This document shows, in pieces, positions 1-9,439 of a stretch of DNA of 12,123 nucleotides. The notes below the pieces were generated by a model. That model was not told where the DNA came from and searched no databases. It saw only the letters and a list, made by a program, of their open reading frames with translations. The stretch covers positions 1 to 12,123 of the forward strand of contig NW_021826648.1 in assembly GCF_006345805.1 (NCBI RefSeq), written 5' to 3'. Source of the stretch: Octopus sinensis (Eukaryota). Each line of letters starts with the position of its first letter. Within the stretch, counting starts at the first letter, position 1. Position numbers and translations under genes: made by a program.

Positions 1-76
1 CTGTACATGTATGTATGTTACACACACGCATATATATATGTATATATTTCTGTATGTATTTATCTATGTGTGTGCG

Positions 77-108
<32 letters not shown>

Positions 109-168
109 ATATATATATATATATTATATATTATATATATATATATATATATTACATATATATATATT

Positions 169-211
<43 letters not shown>

Positions 212-312
212 CGTTCACATATACATACGTACATAATATATTTATGCATGCATATGTGTGTACCTATCTGTGTGTGTATAATATATATATATATTATATA
301 TATATTATATAT
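1..312. repeat. Compound (TA)n/(TG)n microsatellite
   Basis: Interrupted TA runs seen directly, densest at 77-210 and 277-312. Confidence 0.95.
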
Positions 313-359
313 AGAGGGCAATTATACATACATGCCAGAGAGCATTATACATACATGCC
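313..359. repeat. Two-copy 23-24 bp tandem duplication at the element end
   Basis: AGAGGGCAATTATACATACATGCC (313-336) is followed by AGAGAGCATTATACATACATGCC (337-359). Confidence 0.9.
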
Positions 360-450
360 ACACGCTAAGAGGGACAATTAGTCATTTCTACCAAAAATAT
401 TACTAATCCCACCGAATGCAATTTTTCAAAATAAGACATTTAAAAAATAT

Positions 451-498
451 AGACCTGTATCACAGTGATTTCATACTTACGTATTCATCAGCAGGCCT
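451..498 (-). ncRNA. Minimal type I hammerhead ribozyme (Penelope-like element / retrozyme type)
   Basis: The minus strand reads AGGCCUG-CUGAUGA-AUAC-GUAA-GUAU-GAAA-UCAC-U-GUGA-U-A-CAGGUCU. Helix I is AGGCCUG (498-492) with CAGGUCU (457-451), 7 bp including one G-U. The catalytic core is CUGAUGA (491-485). Helix II is AUAC/GUAU capped by a GUAA (GNRA) tetraloop, followed by GAAA (472-469). Helix III is the palindrome AUCAC-U-GUGAU (469-459). The NUH triplet is AUA, so cleavage is predicted between 458 and 457. Confidence 0.85.
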
Positions 499-791
499 GA
501 AGTATCATAATAAACGACCCAGCCCCGCTTAAGCCGATCAGCTAACTGTCAACATCAACGAAGCACATGGGTGAGTTTATATATATACATCCTGTAAATG
601 GCATACTTTTACGAATTGCATTTCGGGAGAGGAAAAGTTTTTTCGGAATAAAAATTTAGCAATTAAGGACAAACTACTTAATAAGGAAAACTTAACAAAA
701 TTGTCAGGTAGATAGCGTGAAAACCTCATAAGAGAATAAATTTCGAAATAATTATTTCTTTATTGAACATATTAATTTATATATAGAGGGC

Positions 792-793
<2 letters not shown>

Positions 794-835
<42 letters not shown>

Positions 836-870
836 CGCACACACATAAATATACATGTGTGTGTGTGTGT
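794..870. repeat. (TA)n plus (TG)n microsatellite
   Basis: TA run at 794-829 and TG run at 856-870. Confidence 0.95.
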
Positions 871-1317
871 CTATTGTAGTATATAGACTGCTAATGTGAT
901 ATTAGAGTTGAGATGTGTCAAGTGTTGTGTATTTACAAGTTGTAAACAATGAAAGGAGACTTGCTAGAGTTCACTGATGCTAAATTTCCAGTGATTTAAT
1001 TTAGTCGTTTAATCTTGTTCGAAAATAGTTGTGGCGTACAGAAGACCGTTTCTCAATATACGTCTAGATTTACAGTGTGTATAAAATTGTGTGCAACGTG
1101 GTGTACGGTAGATGTAGAGTAAATGTAATTGGGGGCGAGAATGTCGTGAGGAAATATGATGTGGAGACGGTGACGAGGCGGTGGGTTGTACGTGGGTAAA
1201 GGATGGGAAAAAGCAAGTTTAAAGGTGGATAGGAGTCTGTGTTTGACTAGAGGGAAGAGACCACAGACTGTGTTGAGGGAGGAGAGCCGCAATCAAAAGA
1301 AAAATGTTAGTATACTT

Positions 1318-1437
1318 ATATGTATAAGTGTATGCGTGTGTCAGTGTGTCCGTGTCTGTGTTTGTGAGTGCGTATGGAAGTGTGTATGTGCTAAGCATGT
1401 GTGTGCGTGTTTGTGTGTGTGTATGTGTGAGTGTGTG
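1318..1437. repeat. Degenerate (TG)n microsatellite
   Basis: Interrupted TG dinucleotide tract. Confidence 0.85.
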
Positions 1438-1702
1438 GAGGAGGGTTAGCTGGTCGAAAATTCGAAGTCACTATCAATAATATTCTTGTTTAAGAATAAT
1501 AAATTTGTGCTCTAGGAAAGTACAGGACAACCCATCACTTAAATATATAAATTGTGTTTATTATGACAGAACATGTAGCCATATATTCACTTGAAAGACT
1601 TATTTACCAGAGATTATCGTTGTGATTAGGTGATAAAATCTCCCTCTAGGGATATTTTAGATCTCCAAGAAGCAATTAAGGAAGATAGTTACTAGAAAAT
1701 CG

Positions 1703-1908
1703 TTTCCAGTATATGCACAAGGCGTGAAATTTGGGGGGAAATGGTTCAGTCAGTTACATCGACTCCGGTGTTGAACAGATACTTATTTCATCGACCCCCG
1801 AATGGATGAAAGGTAGAATCGACCTCGGTAGTATTTGAACTCGGAACGTAAAGACGGACGAAATGCCGCTAAGCATTTTTTCCAGCGTGCTAACAATTCT
1901 GTCTGCTC
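1703..1908 (-). mobile_element. tRNA-derived SINE, family A (Octopus-type), nearly full length and slightly 5'-truncated
   Basis: The minus strand begins GAGCAGACAGAATTGTTAGCACG (degenerate A box) and has a B box GAGTTCAAATAC (1842-1831). This is followed by CCGAGGTCGATTCTACCTTTCATCCATTCGGGGGTCGATGAAATAAGTA, which resembles a conserved central SINE domain. The family is recognised from memory of octopus repeats, and boundaries are approximate. Confidence 0.8.
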
Positions 1909-2088
1909 TATAATAACATAGGCCAATCAATATGTTTTCATTTCGGTTCAGAATGTAAAAAGCTAATCAATATCGAAGGTGGTCTCTGTAAAGCCAACAG
2001 TGGTGGAAGGCATGGACATGTTTCAGTCGTGTTGAAACTCATCAGTGAAACATATCCAACTCAATACTTTTGACTTTGAATTTATCGG

Positions 2089-2197
2089 TATATATATAAA
2101 TACACAAACATACACACACACATATGTATGTATGTATATATGTGTGTGTGTGTATGTGTATGTGTGTGTGTGTGTATGTGTGTGCGTGTGTGTGTGA
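2089..2197. repeat. (TA)/(CA)/(TG) compound microsatellite
   Basis: Seen directly in the sequence. Confidence 0.9.
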
Positions 2198-2339
2198 GTG
2201 GTTGAAAAAATGGGTTTTCGGGGATAATTTAATTTTGATAAGCTTTATCATTAAAATAAAAATTATCCAAAAACAGCCATCTCTTCTCATGTTTTCAAAT
2301 ATATAAAACTGTACCAGGAACTTCTTTATGTTATTCGAC

Positions 2340-2390
2340 TACATATATATATTATATATATATATATATATAATATATATATATATATAT

Positions 2391-2435
<45 letters not shown>

Positions 2436-2439
2436 ATAT

Positions 2440-2517
<78 letters not shown>
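2340..2517. repeat. (TA)n followed by a perfect (GATA)n tetranucleotide tract
   Basis: TA run at 2340-2439 and uninterrupted TAGA repeats at about 2440-2517. Confidence 0.97.
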
Positions 2518-3064
2518 TTCTCCGAGGAGAATCTTTTGTGAATAGACGCACCTACATTTGTAAGTCCATCGACAGATGAAACAAGACACCAATGCAACCA
2601 CTTACTTACAAACACCCACAACTCTCTCAACTGGTAAAGTCTTGTCGTAGCGAAGGGCTTGAACGTTCTTCAGAAGAACTTAAATAGAACTCGAAGAAAA
2701 AACACAGGCCCACATAATAATAAGACAATTTCCCAGACAGATTCGAGGAAGATCTTGATAAGGTTGCCAAGGACTCTGACAGAGAAAACTAATAACCGAT
2801 TGATTGTTCAATGAACACATTAAACAAACTATTCGATAGTTAGCTGGTAAATATACAAAGAAGTGGTACTGAACCAGTGCGTGTGCTTTAACGTTTATTC
2901 GCATAATGAGCCTCCCTTCATACAACGAAATCTGTTTGCAAAGTATTTTTTTATACATCCATTTAGTTATTCGTTCATTAATTTCATTCTTCTTTCGTTC
3001 TCTTGTATTCTTCTAGCAATATTTCATGCGTTTCTTTTTTAATTCTTTCAAAATGAAAAACCAA

Positions 3065-3145
3065 ATCATCATCATCATCATCATCATTCATCATCGCAGC
3101 AGCAGCAGCAGCAGCAGTAGTAATAGTAGTAGTAGCAGTGGTGGT
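3065..3145. repeat. Compound trinucleotide microsatellite (ATC)n(AGC)n(AGT)n
   Basis: Seen directly; it explains the I and S runs in ORF 3026-3274. Confidence 0.9.
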
Positions 3146-3304
3146 ATAACCTTCCTTTTTTTACTCTCTATCGTAATTATACACAAACGCACATGCATAT
3201 ATACACGCATAAACATAAACGCACATACAAATATAAATATAAATACGAATGCGTATGCATGCATGAATGATTAAGCACATACGTACTAAATTATACACTC
3301 ACAC

Positions 3305-3336
<32 letters not shown>

Positions 3337-3356
3337 ATAAATAAAATAAAAAATAA

Positions 3357-3462
3357 ATACATCACGTGATTATCGGATGCTGTTACACATCGCTGATCAC
3401 GATGCGCTAGGAATCATTTTAACTTTCTCACGATGCATCAGATTGCCTAGGCCCGCTATCCA
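3357..3462. mobile_element. Probable degenerate fragment of an interspersed repeat
   Basis: About 100 bp of complex, CpG-containing sequence between microsatellites. It starts with the palindrome ATCACGTGAT, and GATGCTGTTACACATCGCTGATCACGATGCG resembles an octopus repeat recalled from memory. Class unknown. Confidence 0.4.
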
Positions 3463-3467
3463 ATATA

Positions 3468-3520
<53 letters not shown>

Positions 3521-3698
3521 CATATACACATATAATACATATATATATGTATATATATATATATATATATGCGGGTTACATACATATATACATATACATA
3601 CAATACATACGTTACTTACATATATACACACACATACATAATACAATACATACAATAATTACATACATACATACATACATTACATGCATACATACATG

Positions 3699-3730
<32 letters not shown>

Positions 3731-3848
3731 CACACATACATACATACATGCATACATACATACATACACACACACACACATACATACATACACACACAAC
3801 GCATACATACACACAAACACACACGCATACATACACACAAACACACAT

Positions 3849-3881
<33 letters not shown>

Positions 3882-3953
3882 TACATACATACACACACAC
3901 ACGCATACATACACACAAACACACATACATACATACATACATACATATACATA
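3463..3953. repeat. Compound (TA)n/(CATA)n/(CA)n microsatellite
   Basis: Seen directly; the internal unit ACGCATACATACACACAAACACAC recurs at about 3799, 3823 and 3901. Confidence 0.95.
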
Positions 3954-4120
3954 TCTAGGTATATCTTCTTCTATGCTCTCCATCCTCCCTTCTGATTATT
4001 TTGTTCCTCCATTTTCCCAATTCCATTCCAATTTTCAGTGAAACTCACCCCTTCCCTACCCCATCCCTAATATTTCCTTCCAATTACATCTTAATTCCTT
4101 TTTCCTCACGTTTGTTGCAA

Positions 4121-4232
4121 TCTCTCTCTTTCTCTCTCTTTATCTCTCTCTCCCTCTCTCTTTTTATCTCTCTCTCCTTCAATCTCTTTTTTTTTTCTCA
4201 TGTTTCCTTTCTCTCTGTATCTGCCAGTCTCC

Positions 4233-4283
<51 letters not shown>

Positions 4284-4620
4284 TCACATCCCACTCTCTC
4301 TCCGTCTCTCCGTCTCTCTCTCTCTCCCGACTCTTTCTTCCTCTCCCTCTCTCTCTCCATCTCTCTCCCTCTTTTTTTCATCTCTCTTCCTCTTCCCTGT
4401 CTCTCTCTTCCTCACATCCCACTCTCTCTCCCCCATCTCCTTCCCCTCTTTTTGCCTCTCTGCCTCTCTTTCTCTCTCCCGTCTCTCTTCCTCACATCCC
4501 ACTCTCTCTCCCCCATCTCTCTCCCCTCTCTCTCCCTCTCTCCCTCTCCTTTTTCATCTCTCTTTCTCTCTCCCCTCTCCCTCTCTCTCTCTCTCTCACT
4601 CTCTGTTTCTCTCTTTCACT
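4121..4620. repeat. (CT)n-rich polypyrimidine tract with an internal repeated unit
   Basis: About 500 nt of mostly C/T; TCCTCACATCCCACTCTCTCTCC occurs at 4281, 4409 and 4489. Confidence 0.95.
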
Positions 4621-4714
4621 CTACCTCGCTTCATTCACCCAAATAAAATGTCTACCATACAGTTTTATGTTTAACGTCTATCATCAATTACTCCCCCCCT
4701 TCCTACAATCCTAC

Positions 4715-5057
4715 AAATACAAACACACACGCATAAACACACGCACAAACACACACACACATGCACACACACACACACACACACACATACGCACACACGC
4801 ACTCAGACCGACATATATATACACTTCTCCTCACAAACACATACAGAAATATACACATACAGAAATATATATACACACTTCCTCTCACACACACACACAC
4901 ATACATGTACAATAATACACACAAGCACACACACACACACATATGAATATACACAATCAGAAATACCTCCACGCGTACACATACACTCGCACACACACAT
5001 ACACACACACACACACACATGCACACACATATCTGTAGTCAGGCATACATACACACA
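4715..5057. repeat. Degenerate (CA)n microsatellite
   Basis: Seen directly in the sequence. Confidence 0.9.
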
Positions 5058-5184
5058 TCCATATTTTTTTATATTTTTATATTTGTTTCTTCTTATTTTT
5101 TAGGCTCATATATTTATTTATTCTATTTTTTCATATTTTATGTTTTAATTTTATTGATTTCTTTATTTATTATTTACTCTTCTT

Positions 5185-5218
5185 TTTCTTCTTCTTCTTC
5201 TTCTTATCATTATTATTA

Positions 5219-5308
<90 letters not shown>
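5185..5308. repeat. (TTC)n plus (ATT)n microsatellite
   Basis: Near-perfect ATT run at about 5209-5308. Confidence 0.95.
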
Positions 5309-5451
5309 GACAACTATAAAACTTTATTCCAATGTATTTTATTCATCATTTTTCGGTTTTGAAACAACCACAATAAAACTAATAAACATCACAAACAAAT
5401 AAAATTTTCTCCCTTCACCACGAAAATTGATTCAACGCTATTTTTAGAGTA

Positions 5452-5545
5452 GTGATGATGTGGATGATGGCGATGATGATGATGATGATGATGATGACGA
5501 CGATGATGATGACGACGATGATGATGATAATGATGAGGACGTTGG

Positions 5546-5581
<36 letters not shown>

Positions 5582-6220
5582 CGATGATGACGATGATGAT
5601 AATGATGAGGACGTTGGTGATGATGAGGATGATGATGATGATGATGACTATGACGATGATGATGCTGGTGATATGATGATGAGGTTGAGGGCGATGGTGA
5701 TGACGATGTTGATGATAACGACGACGACGATGATGATGATGATGATGATGACGATGCTGATGCTGGTGAGATGATGATGATGATGCTGGTGAGATGATGA
5801 TGATGATGACGATGAGGAAGAGGAGGAGGAGAATGAAGACGACGATGACAATGGCGACGATAATGGTGGTGTTGGTGGTGGTGGTGGTACTGTTGATGAT
5901 GATGAAGATGATGATAACGACGATATATGGATATGTGGTGTCAATGATACCGGTGCTGGCGGGTATGATGATGATGATGCTGATGATGTTGATGATGATA
6001 ATGAGGAGGAGGAGGAGGAGGAGGAGGAGGGGGGGAAGGACAAGGATGGTGATGATGACAATGATGGTGGTCGTGGTGGCGGCCATAGTGGTGCTAGTTC
6101 TGATAGTGATTAAGATGATGACGACGATGACGACAACGACGATGATAACGTGTTGGTGATTGTAATGGCGGCAACAGTAGTGATAGTGGTCATAATGGTG
6201 ATGGTGGTGGTGGTGATGTT
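5452..6220. repeat. Long compound (GAT)n/(GAC)/(GAG)/(GGT) trinucleotide tract
   Basis: Seen directly; the triplet phase shifts several times (for example a 23-nt internal duplication at 5762/5785). Confidence 0.92.
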
Positions 6221-6419
6221 TGCCATTCTGATTGTTGTCATTGTTGATATTTTATCTGTTATACTGACTGAGTTTTATTTGCTGCTTCCATTGCCGTTGT
6301 TGTTGGTGTTGGTGGTGGTGTTGTTACAAATTGTTGTTGAAGTTGTTTGTTTTTGTCGTTGTTGTTATAATTATTATTGTTACAATAATTGTTATGGCTG
6401 TTTTATTAGTTCTTTGTAT

Positions 6420-6578
6420 GTCATTATTTATTTATTTATTTATCATTATTATTATTATCATTGTTGTTATTAATTATTATTATTATTATTATTATTATTA
6501 TTGTCATTATTATTATTATCATCATCATTATTATTATCATCATCATTATTATTATTATCATTATCATTATTACTATTA

Positions 6579-6627
<49 letters not shown>

Positions 6628-6658
6628 GATGATGATGATGATGATGATGATTATTATT
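6420..6658. repeat. (TAT)n/(CAT)n/(GAT)n microsatellite
   Basis: Seen directly in the sequence. Confidence 0.95.
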
Positions 6659-6682
6659 GCAGTCCAGTCTGTGCAGTTATTG

Positions 6683-6886
6683 TTTAGCTCCAATTCAACC
6701 ATCACAGAACTGACCTACGACTGATGATGTTTTAGCCATGACCATCCCTCCAATTCTTTCACAGACATAATATATAAATGATTACATTATCCAAATATGA
6801 CTTCCATTATTTAAGACATTTAGCCCTGATCCGAGGGTGATCTGGTTCTTTTTTCTAGCAGGTCATATAACCACATAATGGGGCTT
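6683..6886. mobile_element. Old, degenerate interspersed repeat (class unknown)
   Basis: The motifs GACCTACGA, AGCCATGACCATCCC, ATTACATTATCCAA, TTAAGAC and TTTCTAGCAGGTC occur in the order recalled for an octopus repeat family. There is weak co-linear similarity to the reverse complement of 10397-10460. Confidence 0.4.
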
Positions 6887-6941
6887 CTTACTTTTGCAGT
6901 CGATGTTGTTTTTATTGTAGTTGCAACTGATATTTTAAGTA

Positions 6942-7023
6942 TACAAGGAATTTGGTGTTGAAAAATTCCTGGTTTTGGGTAAAAGAAAATACAGGCGGAT
7001 CAGTTAATTATGGTTTTATTCAA
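6942..7023. mobile_element. Left-end fragment of a Tc1/mariner-like MITE
   Basis: TIR-like GGTGTTGAAAAATTCCTGGTTTT (6954-6976) matches the reverse complement of 7422-7444 at 20/23. The subterminal segment 6977-7023 matches 7264-7310 at 39/47. TA lies at 6942-6943. Confidence 0.7.
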
Positions 7024-7256
7024 ATCAAGCTTTGGCTGACGCTAACCAAGGAATCATGAAGTGGCACCTAATGTTGACTCTTTGAATGTTAATTTTCTTT
7101 TGAAAATGTTTAATTCGCGTATATACACATCAGAATAATTTTTTTTGCATGATGTAATAACTATTCATCAAGAAAAAATAACTCGTTTGAAACAGCTGTA
7201 GTGAATGAACCAATATCCAACTTTGCTATTTGTTTATATACATATATATATATATA

Positions 7257-7453
7257 TGCGAGGGGGTGAAAGGAAATATAAGAGAATCGGTTAATTATGA
7301 TTTTATTCAATATATTCCCTTTCAGATTCACATACTTATTTCAATGGTCCTTCAGTTTTTCTAAGCCCTGTAAAAGAACTCGCAAGATTGGGCCTTCATT
7401 CAGACCTTTTGTGACACCCTTAAAGCCAGGAACTTTTCAACGCCCAATTGGTA
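7257..7453. mobile_element. Tc1/mariner-like MITE (~200 bp) with an internally deleted left TIR
   Basis: It starts after a (TA)n run with CGAGGGGGTG, a mariner-like terminus. It ends with AAAGCCAGGAACTTTTCAACGCC (7422-7444) and TA at 7452-7453. There is no transposase ORF. Confidence 0.75.
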
Positions 7454-7552
7454 GTTTCTGTAGAATTTGCTGTTCCTGCTATTCTTTTTATAGTCGCAAC
7501 GTTCCTGGAGCTTGTGGTTGCTGTAGTTTTTTATAGTCACTATTGTCGTTAT

Positions 7553-8001
7553 TCTCTCTTATACTCTTTTTCTTGTTTCAGTCCTTTGACTGCGGCCATG
7601 CTGGAGCACCGCCTTTTAGTCGAGCAAATTGACCCCAGGACTTATTGTTTGTAAGCCTAGTACTTATTCTATCGGTCTTTTTTGCCGAACCAGTAAGTTA
7701 CGGGGCCATAAACACACCAACATCGGTTGTCAAGCGATGTAGGGGGACAAACACACACAAACACACACACGCACACGCGCACACACACACACACACACAC
7801 ACACCACACATATATATATACATACAAACATATATACGACGGGATTCTTTCAGTCTCCGTCTACCAAATCCACTCGCAAGGCTTTGGTCGGCCCGAGGCT
7901 ATAGTAGAAGACACTTATCCAAGGTGCCACACAGTGAGACTGAACCCGGAACCATGTGGTTAGTAAGCAAGCTACTTACCACACATCCACTCTTGCGCCT
8001 A
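7553..8001 (-). mobile_element. tRNA-derived SINE, family B (Octopus-type), full-length ~450 bp with an internal (TG)n tract
   Basis: The minus-strand head TAGGCGCAAGAGTGGATGTGTGGTAAG...GGTTCAGTCTC carries Pol III A- and B-box-like motifs. The body runs to about 7835, the microsatellite spans 7750-7835, and the 3' part 7553-7750 ends in AAGAGT-type short repeats. The head and body are about 90% identical to 11956-12110, and the 3' part is homologous to 10607-10846. Confidence 0.9.
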
Positions 8002-8299
8002 TTATTGTATTTTTCCAACTTCCTCTTATATTAGTTGTTGTTGTCATCGTCGCTTTTATTGTTGTCGCAGGTCAGATTCCCAATGTATGTGGTGGTGGTG
8101 ATGGGTCGGAAAGATGAGAACTATCGGAATTTCTCTACAGTTTCATCTTCGATCTGTTTTGTAACAACCATAGATTTCCTTTCGCTATTATTCTCCACTT
8201 TCCGCCCACCTTTTTGCAAACTCATTCTCTCTGAATATCTACCTTCCTGTCTGGGCATCACACCCATTCGAGATCTTTCTCTCCCCACCTTATGCATGT

Positions 8300-8672
8300 A
8301 TCTATCTGTCTATTTATTCATTCCTTTATTTATTTATGAATCATGTATCTCTCCATCTAACAGTCTATCTATCTATCAACCCATCCACCTTTCCATTCAT
8401 ATATCCATTTATTTTTTAATCTATCAATTTATCTATCTAACTATCTGTTTGTCTGCCTATCCATACCTCTAGTAATCTATCTAGTTCTATCTCTTTCTCT
8501 CTCTCTCTCTCCGTATATATTTATACACACACACACACACACTTACATATAAGTATATATACACACAAATATATACCTGCCTATAATTTTTTTCTATCTA
8601 CCAGTCTATTTGTCTCTCAACATATCTACTTATCAATCTTTCCATCTATCTATCGATCTCTCTATCATTCTG

Positions 8673-8721
<49 letters not shown>

Positions 8722-8945
8722 ATATATATATATTAATATATATATATATATTATATATATATATATATATATAATGTCTGTCTATCTATCTATCTATTTA
8801 TCTATCTAATCTATCTATCTATCTATCATCAATCAATCTATCTATCTATCTACCTATCTATCTACCTATCTATCTATCTATATATCTATCTATCTATCTA
8901 TCTATCAATCTATCTATCTATATCTATCTATCTATCCATCTATCT
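8300..8945. repeat. Degenerate to perfect (TCTA)n tract with (CT)/(CA)/(TA) inserts
   Basis: Perfect TCTA at about 8673-8720, TA at 8720-8775, and degenerate TCTA on either side. Confidence 0.9.
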
Positions 8946-9274
8946 CTTTGTCTGTCCACCCTCTGTCTGTTCGTCTACCTTACCTATTCCTCTATCTACC
9001 TAACATCATCTCTGTCTATCAATCCCAGTTCCTTTCCCCATTCACTCCAGTCGTCAGCTGACAGCCATATTTCACGATCGCCGTTGTTAATAATACTCCT
9101 TCTTCCCGGTGTTACAGTTGCTGTTGCTGATGTTAACGTCGTTATGCAGATGTCGCCAAGGTTGCTATTACAGCTGCTGTTGAGGTTAATGTCTTCTTAC
9201 TCTGATAGTATTAATGCCGCTCAATCCTCTGATGTTGTTTGTGTTGATGCCACTGCTGTAATTTATGATATTAC

Positions 9275-9297
9275 TGTTGTTGTTGCTGTTGTCGTCG

Positions 9298-9330
<33 letters not shown>

Positions 9331-9353
9331 TTGTTGTTGCTATTGTTGTTGTT
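9275..9353. repeat. (GTT)n microsatellite in a broader decayed GTT/GCT-rich tract
   Basis: Seen directly in the sequence. Confidence 0.9.
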
Positions 9354-9439
9354 AGTACAAATAGTTTTGCTAGCGTTGCCGTTAATGTTAACGCCATCTC
9401 TATTGCAGTGTGCGAATCTAACAAACATATATCCACACA

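Larger units (their letters stand above)
306..797 (-). mobile_element. Non-autonomous hammerhead-containing retroelement (Penelope-like solo pLTR or non-LTR retrozyme monomer) inserted in (TA)n
   Basis: Complex-sequence island flanked by (TA)n on both sides. TATATATAGAGGGCA occurs at 306-320 and 778-792, each followed by (A)TTATA, offset 472 nt. It contains the hammerhead at 451-498 and no ORF. The class assignment is inferred from the known association of minimal palindromic hammerheads with PLEs. Confidence 0.65.

Noticed and set aside
568-577. Consensus-like splice donor G/GTGAGT inside the ribozyme element
   Set aside because: It is on the strand opposite the ribozyme and no upstream exon or ORF supports it. 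Such a short motif is expected by chance.
1053-1292. G-rich unique segment / 79-aa minus-strand ORF as an exon or retroelement fragment
   Set aside because: No recognisable motif, and the G runs are too short and scattered for a confident G-quadruplex.
2520-2900. Possible decayed LINE (endonuclease-like) coding fragment, e.g. FEEDLDKVAK and AGKYTK peptides on the + strand
   Set aside because: Only short peptides in broken frames with no catalytic motif. A translated search against TE proteins would be needed, so it cannot be supported from the sequence alone.
4281-4511. CRISPR-like array (23-nt repeat three times)
   Set aside because: Spacing is irregular (128 and 80 nt), the spacers are low-complexity CT, the context is eukaryotic and there are no cas genes.
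6721-6760. Plus-strand CTGATGA, and minus-strand CTGAAGA at 2673-2667 within the palindrome GTTCTTCAGAAGAAC
   Set aside because: Neither is followed by a helix II and GAAA.
9020-9066. Minus-strand CUGACGA...GAAA hammerhead-like spacing
   Set aside because: Helix II is at most 2 weak pairs, and there is no helix III/UH or helix I. Chance match.
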